From Lama glama (taxonomy: Eukaryota), in assembly GCA_028534125.1 (NCBI GenBank), contig CM052816.1, forward strand, positions 98,830,001-98,894,000: a stretch of 64,000 nucleotides of DNA, read 5' to 3'. A program made the translations under genes and the position numbers. The notes under the pieces are model-generated. The model was not told the origin of the DNA. It made no database searches and saw nothing but the letters and a program-made list of their open reading frames with translations. Positions 37,401-49,385 of the stretch are shown here, in pieces. Numbering within the stretch: position 1 is the first letter of the stretch; each line of letters starts with the position of its first letter.

Positions 37401-39729
37401 GTTTCAGGAGCTGGAGAAAAGCAATGGGTAAGTTGAAAGAGGAAGAAAGTGAGATAAACAGCCTTTCCGTGAAACCATCACAGCCCCCCCATTCGTCTGC
37501 TTACAGGGAGCAGAAGAATCACCATTTCCGAAGAACCACCAAGTGGAAGCAGGTCAAAGCCGAGGAGTGCGTCTGCTTTTCCCATGATGGAAAAAGTATT
37601 ATCAGGGGCTACCCTTTTAGGCAAGAGCTGTAAATGAGGGATGTGACAAAATGATTAACCTGAAAAAAAAATAGTGGAAAGGCCATACAAATGGAAGATG
37701 ATTAAAACAGCACAGGAATTTGGAAAGTTAGCTCATCCTGAAAGGAATTCTCCAGCCAGCACCCCACCAGACACGACGGCAGTAGTGGCCAGAGCCTTCC
37801 GATACCTCTGTGTCTCTGTATTTGACAAACATAAGAAGAAATTCTGTCTTGTGCTCACAGACACTACAGCTTTACCCACACGTGCATCGTGTCTACAACG
37901 GCTGCGTCATGGCCGCTTCAGGCCAGGCCACGCCTGTGACGAAGCGCAGATGAAAGGGCTTGAAACCAGAGAAAGGAGAAGGTGGTTGGGGCTGACTTTG
38001 AAACCAAGATCAAGCAAAGCATGCATGAGATAAAGGAGAAATCTAAACTGTGCATAATGGCCAAATGAGAGGATTAATTTGCCCACTATACAGTGGAACA
38101 TGATGCAACGTCAACATGTAATGAATATGCTTGACCTTCATAGCTGGATGTAGACATTGGACAGAACGGCTGTGAACTCCTGATTTGTTGTCGGTTACAC
38201 TAACAAAAACATACGTAACACACTAGGATCTGTGCAACTTAGGGCTGCCATGCAATGATTTGATTTTAAATTATGGGCTTTTAAGATCGTTTTTACATTT
38301 AAATTGCAATCTGTGAAACTACCAACTTATTCTTGTTAATAAACTTCACATTGTAGGACAGACGTGGCCAAATCATTTCAAACACGTGAGTTCCTTTATG
38401 CACACAGAGGCACAGCCGTCCCGGGGAGCTTAGCCTTTCTGGTGCGGCTGAAAGCTGGGTTTGCCAGCTCTCAGCCGCTGGCGCACACCTGTGACGCAGG
38501 CAGCAGCGGAAGCAGGGGTTTGGATTTCCTAGCATTCCAAAGTTTTAAATCAATGTAAGGAGTAGTTTCATTATTTTCAAAGAAACCTGTTGTCCCATAA
38601 GGTCCCGCACCAACCACGGCGTGGGGGCGTTGTCATTTTGAGACTTCAGATGTGGGCCCATTTCAGTCTGTGGGCATGGGTCCCCCTCCAGAATTTTCAT
38701 AAACGAAGTGACTGTAACCCTGCCTCCCGCAGTGGAGGGCGTGACACATGTGTTGCTGTGTCTTTTCTGAGGGTTAGTAACAGGGAACAAGAACGTGCTG
38801 GGGACTGACAAACTCAGCTTCGTGAGTGTGCGCAGGCCCCAGCAGACGACATCCTGGGTCACTGGAGGCAGAGGCAGGAAGTTAGGGTTGATCGTAGCTC
38901 CACAAAGGTTTAAGGAGCAAGCATTATGACTGTGGTGTGTATCAAAGCAATATTAGAAATTCTGAATAATGTCACCAAATGGCTAAGAAAAGGCCAACCT
39001 ACGTTGCTGGACTCCTTAAGGAACCCGCAAGGACTTCCGTTTCCAACCGCGCCGGGCGCACACAGCGCGGCCCTCGTGGGTTTACAATCCGCTGTTCACT
39101 CCCCAGTCTTCTACACACGCGTGTACACTGCAGCTAGACCTGGGACAGTGCTGTCAAGCAGCCCCGCTTCTCTTCCGGCTCGTGACTCCGCAATCCGCCT
39201 GCTGATGACCTGCAAAGGGAGCAGGCAGAGCTCCCCCAGCTTCAGTTAGAGATAATCTCTGCAAATAAGACACGGGTTACAGCTCCTTCGGCGGCTGCGG
39301 GGGGAATACAAAGTCCAAGACGGCAGCTGTCCTGGGCACCCTTCTCATCTGCGACGCCCTGCAAGCACAAGGTGACCGCCCAGGCGCTGGGAGCTGACAA
39401 CGCCCTTTCACACATGCGGACGTGAGCGGTGACTCCACACGGTGCATCATCAGAACTCCTGCGTTTTAAATTGCCTGCTTCAGTGGCAGGTCCTTCAATC
39501 ATCCTGAGTGCTTTCAATAAATCACCCGAAAGGTTTTAGTGTCAATAAAACGTATTCTACTCCTACCCCCATCCATCCGTGGGGCATCTTTCAAGGTCAT
39601 GCAACCCCTCCTCTGAGTTCTTTACCTTTGCTCAAACTTCCTGGCATGACAGTGAGTCCATCACCTTCCAGTCGGGTTTCTATGTGCACTTCAGAGCCCA
39701 GTAACGGGGCCGGTGCTGAGGAGAGCAGA

Positions 39730-39925
39730 TTGCTCAGCTCCTACAGGGAGCCCTGTGCCGAGGGCTTTCGCTCAGATGTTGTCTCCCACAGTCCTCATGC
39801 GACCCTATGAGGCCAAGTTTATCCACAAATTAAGGAAACCAGAGCCCAAAGTGGTCGACCATTTGGCTGGTGAGTGAGGTTAGATTTGAACAAGACTTGT
39901 GTGACTCCAAAGGCTATGTTTTTTC
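39730..39925 (-). mobile_element. MIR SINE
   Basis: cctcatgcgaccctatgagg...aaggaaaccagagccca...agatttgaac...tgtgtgactccaaagg. Confidence 0.65.
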
Positions 39926-39949
39926 ATTAGGTTTCTCATTAGCTTACTC

Positions 39950-40140
39950 TTTTTTTTTTTTTAAATTGAAGTCTAGTCAGTTACAATGTGTCAATCTCTG
40001 GTGTACAGCATTACGCTTCAGTCATGCATATACATACATGAATTTGTTTTCATGTTCTTTGTCATCGTAGGTCACTACAAGGTATTGAATAGAGTTCCCT
40101 GTGCTGCACAGAAGAACCATGGATTTATTTTATATATAGT
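39950..40140 (-). mobile_element. Short L1 3'-end fragment
   Basis: Poly(T) then aattgaagtctagtcagttacaatg...gttccctgtgctgcacag. Confidence 0.85.
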
Positions 40141-41019
40141 AGTCATTACAGAAGCCATTCTAGTCTGTCTCTCATTTCTTATTTGAATGTCTGTCTAATA
40201 GGCAGCTTCCTTCACATGTGGTGAGTTCATGCTGCTCTGGGTGAACAATCACAGCCCCTGAACTGTAGCTGCTCCAGAATAATTGTTGACCAGTTTGGTT
40301 CTGGATCTGGATAAAACCACTGCTCAATATTTACCTTAACTAATGAAACAATGGAAATATGCACAATTTTTTTTCTTGTTTTACGATCAGTATAAGCTTT
40401 TTATCCTTAAAAGTAAGTAGAGAATAAGTTTGCTGCATCATATTTTGTGGAGGATACAGGGCGGGAAGAAGACCCTTTTTCAGAACTCTTCACGTGCAGC
40501 AGACAACCCACCCTGATCATATGCTTGGTCATTAAAGACAACGTATGTCCAAGAAACTGAGACAAGCCATTACGGTGTCTTCATACTCCTGTAGTAACGT
40601 TTAAAAAGCTAAGAGGTGGACAGACTCCATTCAGTTCCTTAAATTGTACTTTGTATAAATGATATCATATCCTGTTACCTAAGTGTACTGCAGTATTTCT
40701 TGCTTGGAATCTGTTTAGAGATCTTCTCTGTCCTTAGAAAAACTGCTCCCGTGGTTGGGACAGCAATCCGCTCGCTTGCCGGGGGCCTTTTCTAAAGCTA
40801 TGGAGTGTGGGCAGCACTTGCTCGGTTCTTTTCTGCTGTGAAAATACGTTTCCAGAGCCTCAACAGACAGGCTGTGTCTGTACAGTGGCTGGGAAATGCG
40901 TGCTGTCAAACTCAGCTTAGAGCCATTGCTAGACAGAACTTTCCACAGCCGCTGCACCTTCTCTCTGGATACAGGGACTTTCTCTAGCATAGATGCAACC
41001 AGTATCTGAAACTAGGACC

Positions 41020-41640
41020 TTTCATCCATCCATCCATCCACCCGCCCACCCATCTGTCCAGTTGCTTCAGTGGGCCAGGAACACTACTGGGTGCTCTGAT
41101 CTTGAAGAGATCCTGACAATTTGTGCTGCCCTTAGGATGCTGACTGTCTATTGGGAGAGAGGCGCAAATGTTAAGCTAGTAATCAAAGTAAGAATTCAAC
41201 TGGGACAATTCCTTTCAAGGAGAAAGGCAAGGTGAGTCATGAATGTGTTACAAGGGAATCTGCCCTGGTTTGGAGCATCAGAGAAGACTTATGGGAGTGA
41301 CTTGCTTACTGATGCCTAGAGAATAAAGGACACTTAACCAGAGGACGGAGGATTGGAATTGTGTTCCAAGCAGAATGGAAATAGCATTTGCTAAGGCTCT
41401 GAGGGGGTGAGAAGCTCAGCCTTATTTTGTAAGAAATAAGGTGGTGCCACTGGAGCCTGGAGAGTTTCCCCTACGAGGCTGAAGTTGCAGGCAAGGGCAG
41501 ACCTCAGGAGCATCATCAGCCAGACTGAGGATGTGGGGCTTACCCAGAGTGCAACGGGCACAGGTCGAGTAAGGGAATGACGAGGTCAGGACTGTGCTTC
41601 TCAGCCTCCACTGAGGCGGCTCCCTGGAGGGAAGTAGGGG
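41020..41640 (-). mobile_element. L2 fragment
   Basis: (catc)n-like tail followed by purine-rich L2 3' region (catcagagaagactt...tgttccaagcagaatggaaatagcatttgctaaggctctgag). Confidence 0.65.
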
Positions 41641-43394
41641 GGGTAGGAATGCGGGCAGCTGGCCTCATTTTTCATGGAATAGCCTCTGACTCCTGCCCTC
41701 CCCCCGCACGCCCATTCACAGTTCCCAGAACCCAGCCTGAGCTACCCTGCACGGAGGCCCTGGCTACTTCTGCAAGCCCCGTCAAAGCTAAGAATCTTCT
41801 TTCAACACGTTCACAACCTGTGTGCACTTAAATACAGGCTCACCACGTTTAAGGGACAGCCTCTGCTTTTCCACCCAAGAGAGAAAGGTACAATGTACTC
41901 CCATAAAAATTTAAACTATGATAAAATGAAATGACCCTAAGGTCATCAAGGCAAATATTTTTCTCAGGCTTCACATACTGGAAGAAATCACCTATTGCTT
42001 AAGTTACATTTTACTTTACAAGTCTTATCCAAATTTCTAATGTCTTAGGGGGTGGAGACATAACTATTCAATGACAGAAACCTGGAATACCTGGATATAT
42101 CTGTCATTGTCTGCTGAAGCTTTCCATTATTTTAGCATCATTTTTAAACTACAGGCAACCAGCTGTAAATCTGGTTTAACATCCCTGTAAATCTGGTAGC
42201 ATCATGTGGATTTTTTAAATTTAGTTCTGTCTTAATTTAGTTTAATTTTTGTTTTAAAACTGTTAACTTTTTATATATTGACAGTGTGTGCCTTACTGGG
42301 TATGTCTATTTACTGTCAATTAACTATACAAGAAAAAATAAGAATCCTGCCTATATTTCTTTAGATTGTAATTTTTTTCAAACGAGATATTTTTCTTTGG
42401 TTTTCCTATAATTTCACAATAATTTTAGCAAAGGAAATATGAAATTAGTACTGATTTGGCTACTCATTTAAAATACTGGATTTACTTGATTGAATGTCTT
42501 TAAACCACATGCTGTTCTTAAAACTTAAAAACAAACCCTTGAGTAGTGAAAAATATGTGCAATAAAAAACAAACAATGAATGCTGTTATTGGACAAAAGT
42601 ATCAAAATCAGTAAAAATGATACACCTGGGAGAACTGGGGACTGAAGAAGCGACAGAAGAGCAAATGCAAAGAGTGGCTTCCAGCTGCGTTTGGACGCGC
42701 AGGGAGCCTGGGCGTTGGGGTGGGATTACCGAGGACGGCTGCTGTCCAGAGCGAGCCAAACAAGGCTCCGCTGAATTCACTGTGATACAGGGCTTCTAGG
42801 GGATGATGCCCGAATGCCTCCTTCAGGAGTGGTTTAGGGTAACCAAGCTCACAGACACTGAAAGCACACACACACGCACACACACACATGCACACGCTCC
42901 TGTGTGTCAGTTTATTCCTTGTCGTAAGTCATGAAATACTGCTTCCAAGGCTTTTGAGGAAGTGCTGTGCTTCTCCCTGCAGGCAAGCTACACAGGGGAC
43001 TTCATTTTAAACAAATCAGGAACAAGAGCAAGAACAGCCGTCATACGGGAGGAACGTCTGCCTGCACCAAATCTGACCGCTCCGACCCCTCACAGGGAGA
43101 AGCCTGCTGAGGTCTAATTCTGGACGTCTAGCCCTTGCTCTAGAGAGGGCTGGGATGCCCCTACTATTTTAGCTTTTAGTGTCTCCTTTTTTCCTCCCTC
43201 CAGACCAGTGGCTGTGCAAATGATTTTTGCAAAGCGCCAGAATTCTTGTTTCTCTTTAAAAAAACAATTGTTCACTGAACACATTTTTATTGAGGACTTT
43301 ACTATCTGCCAGGCACTTCTGAAAGCGTTGGGGATGAAGCAAGAAAAGACATCAACCCCTGCTATACTCTCAGTGTTTAGCACAGTAGACAGGC

Positions 43395-44074
43395 TGTTTT
43401 GTGTTAAATCGTCCTCAGTTCCAAGTGCCCCTTTAAACTTCGTGATGTCGAGGCTGGGACTCTGTACATCCCATTTTGCTTTGCTGCCACTCTCTGTTCA
43501 CTTCTGCCAGTGGCGGCACAACGAGGGACTGGACAGAACAAAGCAGGAGGAAGAGCTTATTCTTTCCTGTCTGCTGTCTGCCCCCACTGCCCATCACCAA
43601 GGGCTTTCTGTCTGTGCTCTGTGCACTTCCAGTCTGCATCCTGTGCACTTCCTGTCTGCCCAACGTGGACTTCCTGTCTGCCCTCTGAGCACTTCCTGTA
43701 TGCTTTTTGTTCCTGTCCTCCTTGCTTCACCCTGGCTGTGGCAGTTAATTCCAGTAACAGCAGCTGATCGCAGTTTACAGGTGACTTAAAAAACCAGCAG
43801 CAAAAGGCCCCCTCCAAGTCCTCATACCAGCTGGCTGGCACCCCTCTCCAGGGGTCTGCACCTAAGCAACTGAGTTCTAATAATCCTGACTTCTTCCCTC
43901 AGTGCCTTAGTCCCAGATCCAGGAGCTGCTTCTCACACTTGCTATCCTGTGATGCCTTGAGGTTTTCTTTTTCTTTTTTCAGGTTTTTAATACCTACCAA
44001 ATGCATTGTATTAATTCTCTCTTTTCAGTTAACTTGTGTGGCTTCTGCTTCCTAACTAGGCTGTGATTGATACA
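43395..44074 (+). mobile_element. ERVL LTR (LTR33-like) nested in an L2 (43265-43390 and 44075-44200)
   Basis: TG start, ends ggcttctgcttcctaactaggctgtgattgataca; L2 sequence resumes on both sides. Confidence 0.65.
43620..43703. repeat. 22-bp tandem repeat x4 inside the LTR
   Basis: Units start at 43620, 43642, 43664 and 43686; consensus tgtgcacttcctgtctgcc. Confidence 0.9.
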
Positions 44075-46644
44075 CATAATGATAAACACTGTGTAGAAAA
44101 GTAAAGCAGGGGATAGGAAGTTCATGTGGAGAGGGAAGAGAAGGCAATTTTAGATGGGAGGAATCAGGGAGGTCCTCATGGTGGAAGTGACATTTAAAAA
44201 GGAAAAGATGTTATGTGTGTTAAGCAGATACAGTCAGACTGCTCTAGTTTAACTTGAAGCAAGGCAGCTTCATGCTTTAAAGAGCTTGGTTTCATCTGGC
44301 CTCTTCTTTTACTCTCTCTTGCCTGGAATTTCTCTCAAATAATCACTCTAAAAACTAGGTTTCAGGCATCCTTGTCCTTTGGAAAATCCCAAACTTGAGC
44401 CATTCCCTAGAGGAAATGACCACAGGGATCATATATCTGCTCGTCCAAGGGGATCCATATGGCTATTCTCTGGCTAATCTTGGCCATGAAGAAAACGTGT
44501 CATGCTGATCGTGGAGATGAGCTCTATTCTGATGATCGTGACAGCAGACATTATATGGGCCATGAAAGCGTCCACACAAGGGCTGCCCTGGGTGGTGATA
44601 GGGGAAGCAGAGCCTCCCAGCAAAAGGACACCAGGAGCACCGAACACTGACCAGAGGGAAGGCTGCCACTCTGTCCTGTCCTCACTGCTCCCTGGCCCAC
44701 ATCTCCAGACTGAAGACACGTTTACTTTATCTTTAAAATCCTTAGCACATATTCCAACATGTAAGCTCTTCAACTGGCTCCTCCTTATAGTGAGAATTAA
44801 TAACATCCAGTGTGTTGCAGTGAAAATATCTCTGGACAGAAAATCTAAAGACATACAGCCTAGACCTGAGCCCCACCTGGCTTTGTAGTATTGGCCAAGT
44901 CACTTCACCTCCTTTGACTCTCAGGTTCATCATTTGAAAAATCAGGGGAATGGGACAAAACGATAGCTGTTACACTCAAATTTCTCTAATCATCTTACTT
45001 TTGTTTACAACTAATGGTAAGCTAATAGAAAAATCTGTGGTCCAGTATAAAATACCATCTTATAAAATGTTACTTTGATTTAGTTCTAATAATGAGATAC
45101 ATTCAATTTTGTCAACTTAAAGATTTATACTACATCTATTGTTAAGTAATCAGCAGAAATCGATGTAATAATTCAATACTTCCTATTAGTTCCCCACACC
45201 CACCTTTTGCATTTCCTAGTAATTGCTAACTTTGGCCATACTTTATCCCCAAATCTTATTTTCTGTACAGTTTTCCTGCATGCCTCCTAAGACTGACATA
45301 TTTTCAGCTGGCTATGCCATCACTGGCTTTCTCAGAAAATGATACATTTCTTTCAAAACTCATATTAGCCTTTCAAACCATCTCTTGTGTTGGTTCTTCC
45401 TTTCTACTCCTGTCTTATTTCCCTGGTTTAAGAACATTTTTCAAAGTCGGTTGAAAATTTGGCAAGATTTCAGTTTCCTAGGATTTATTGGGTGCGTTAG
45501 AAAAACTCTCTATGACTAGAGTTTCCAGAGAATCCCTGGAGTTTGTGCCTGGAAACAAAACCCAATCAATTCAAACCAGGGCCCCAAGTAAGTCTCCAAC
45601 CAAGTCAGGGAGTTCTCCACCCGAACTGGGAACTGTGACACTTACAAGTTTGCCAGCACTATCGAAAACAAGAGAATAATTAGATTTTAGGAGAAGTAGT
45701 CTATACCCTATGCATTAATTCCTTAACAAATTACATGAGAGGGGCTAAAATTCACGCAGACTTTTTGCCAAGGACAATTGATAGATTTGATACTCATTAT
45801 TTTTGGTAAAGAACTAATCCAAGTATAGAACTTCTATGAAATCCTTTAAGAAAATGTAACCCTGTTGTGTGCACAGAAAATGTTTCTAAAGAAATCTCAC
45901 TTGGAAATATTGACAATGGGTTTTTTTTTAATATTCTGTCAGAAGTCTTATTGATTAAACCATTTCTGAATAAACGGGACTTCAAAAGAAAATATAGAAT
46001 GTTTGGCATTAGTCATGAAAGGAAATCATATGAAAGGGCTTATAAAATGAATTTTATATTTATTCATATCTCAAAATAGAGTTTGAGAAGACAAACTAAA
46101 CTTTTATTATTTTGTTAGCTTAAAATACAATCATTCGTGGCAAGAGAACAAAGAATTTTGGTTAGTGTTAGAAGGAACTTGAGGGTACAAAGATGACTAA
46201 TACAATATCTCTTCAAAAACTTACAGCCTGGTATAAAAAAAAACCCTATAAGTAAATAATTGTGGAATGAATCCATGCATTTTAATGGAAGCCCCTGATA
46301 CATTACGAGTGGGATCACTAAGTTCAGAGAGGGCTTGATCCCGAGGAAGGTGGATGAGGTGGCAGCCCAGTGAGAGCATCATTACACTGTAGGGAGCATT
46401 CGAGGCTGATGCGGTGGAAAGGCCTGTAAAGGATCCTGTGGGTCCCTGCAGTGCGGCAATGATCTTATGATCAAGGGAAGCAAAACAACATTGTGATTTA
46501 AAGTGCTGGTTCTGAAGTCAGACAACTTAGGTCAAAATTTCTCTCTTTCAAGAATTACCTTGGGGATCATCTGTAAAATGAGGACGATGAAATAGTTTTG
46601 GGCAGCGATTTGCAAAGTATGTTAACAGCAGCGTCTAGCAGAGG

Positions 46645-49385
46645 CCGACTTCCAGAATGGCCATGTGAGGACTGTAGCAGGCCCTCTCTCAAGTGAAACA
46701 GCCATTTGCTGAAAATTATATATACACACACAACAACACCCACACACACACACATCATGTAAAGTCTCTGGAAATTGTCTTAAGGGTATAAAAAGTAGAG
46801 AAACATGTATTGAATTAAATTTAGCATATGTCTCAAAGAACGGTGAAGTTTGGTGGCATTTGAGCCATGGTCTAGTCACATGCTCACCTTGCCCCCTACT
46901 CAGTGTGACAGAGCTCTATTCCAGGCACATTCTAAGAAGACCAGGGCTCCCCATCCCCCAGGTGCCCCTTGTGGAGCTGTATTTTCACATCAGGAGAAGC
47001 AAGACACAAACATCGCTATGCCACCAGTTCTATACTGCAGAAGCCCTATTCCAGAAGGGCGTGGCCATGAGAACTGATTTCCCTTCTGCCAAGCAGCCCC
47101 TACTCATAGGGTGGAAGCTCTACTCCAGGCTCAGAAGGCTGAGAATAACAAATCCCTGAACATCCCGACCTCTGCAGGGTAGAGGCTTGTAAGATAGAGG
47201 CTTCAAGCCAGGAAACAAAAGCAGAGAAGACCAGGAGCTACTGTCCCCACCCAGAACTCCACCCCCAGAGCAGGGGAGTCACTTTGCGGGGAGAAGTATT
47301 CTGCCAGCCCCAGCTCCCATCTAGTGGCACACACATTTTGCCCAGGGGGAGAAGCAGGCTGCAAGGACAAGGAGCTCACTTAAAAGGGCCGATTGTATTT
47401 GGAACAGAGTGTGTGAAAGTTCATGTCCAAGGCCATTGTCAAAAATAGTGGATAGCTTGGTTGCAAGCAATTAAAAGAAGGCTGGTCCACGGGACACATA
47501 ACAGTGAGCAAAACAGAATGCCAACTAGAAGTTTAGAATAGAGACTCAGGGAAAAAGACAAGAGGACTCCCCCCGGTGTTGGAGGATTCTCAGAGTGAGC
47601 ATCCTAACTGTGCGAAACCCTTCTGTAATCAAATGAGACTACAAAGCAGTTTATGTCCAAGGGGACTGTAAAAAAGAAAAACGAGCAATCAGCTAGCAGT
47701 CAGCGTAGGCTAACAGCTGGGTGTGATACCAGCACAGGCTTTTCACTGAACCAGTCAGTAAACAAGTAAGTGGTGGAGTGTGATCAGCATCCAGAGCTGC
47801 TAAAATGTATTAACTCTAGTGTTCAGTTTTCAGCAAAGAAAATTATAAGACGTGCAAAGAAACAAAAGAGTGACCCGTACACAGGAAGAGAAAGAGGGAA
47901 TGGAAACTGCTTCTAGGGGACCCAGACATTCAACTTAGCAAAGACTTCAAAGTAACTATTATAAGTCTGTTCAAAAACAGAAAGAATTACACCTAAGAAT
48001 CAAAGCAAGGTGTCATAGCCATGTCTTATAAAATACAGAGCTGAAGAAAGTATAAAAAGAGCCAAATTGAAGTTGAGAAGTACAATACCCAAAATGACAA
48101 ATGCAGAAGCTTAATAGTAGATCTGAACTGCCAGCAGAGACAGTGAACTTGAAGAGCAATCAGAAAAGATTACAAGATCCAGAGAGCGCAAAGGAAGGAG
48201 AATGAAGAAAATGAATGGAGCCTCATAATTGTGGTCCATCGTTAAGCACACCAATGTATGAGTCACAGGAGCACCAAAGGAGAGGAGAAAAAGGAGCCAA
48301 AAACATATATGAAGAAATGATGGTCGGATACTTTACAAACTGAGGAAAACCATAAATATGAACTTTCAGGAAGCTCATATAATGCCAAGAAGGCTAAACT
48401 CAAAGGTACCCACACCTTTACACATCATAGTAATGGTGTTGAAAGACAAAGAAAAATTGTAAGCAGCAAAAGGAAAAACAATTCTTTACGTGTAACAGAA
48501 CTACAATGAGATAAACAGCTGACTTCTTGTCAGAAAGAGTGGAAGCCAGGAGGGAACAGGCTGACATATTCAAAGTGCTGAAAGACAAACCCAACAAAGC
48601 AACAACAAAAAAAAAGCCTGTTGATCAATAATCTCTACCCAGCAAATCAAAACCACCACGAGACACCATTTTATCTCCACTAGGATGTCTGTGAGAAGAA
48701 AGGATGGACAAGAACAGGTGTTGTCCAGAATGTGGAGAAACTGGAACCCCTATGCATTGCTGGGCAGATGCAAAATGGTGCAGCTACTATGAAACACAGT
48801 TTGGAATCTCCCTCAGAAGATTAAGTGTAGAGTTTCTGTAAGATCCAGAAATTACGCTTCTAGATACATACTCAAGAGAAATGAAAACATATGTCCACAC
48901 AAACTCTCATACACAAATGTTCCTAGCAACATTATTCACGTAAACAAAGAAAATACATATGATACTGTCCATCAACTGATAGATATTAAAATAAAAAAGG
49001 GGCACGTGTATACAAAGCTCATTATTCACCAATGAAAATGGTTAAGTCTTTATACATGTTGTGAAATGGGTGACCCTTGAACACGGGGTCCTAAGTGAAA
49101 GGAGCTAGTTGTCAAAGACCGCGTATTTCACACCTCCATGTCTAAGAAGTGGCCGGATCCAGCAAATCTATAACCACAGAAGGCAGATTAATGGGCGCCA
49201 TGGGCTGATGAGGGTTTGAGGGAAATGGGGGCAGACTGTATGGGGCTTCTTTTTGGGGTGATGTAAATGTCTCAAATTAGACTGTGGTGACATCTGCACA
49301 AGTTGGGAAATATACTAAAGAACATTGAATTCTACATTTTCAAGGGGTGAAACTCTGATATGTAAATTGTATCTCAATAAAGCTT
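46645..49385 (+). mobile_element. Old L1M: 5' region and ORF1 remnant joined to ORF2 end and 3'UTR (most of ORF2 missing); flanked by MIR pieces
   Basis: gacttccagaatggcc 5' motif; ORF1-like ctgacttcttgtcagaaa...atattcaaagtgctgaaag; from ~48645 ORF2 end and 3'UTR ending tatctcaataaagc. Confidence 0.8.
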
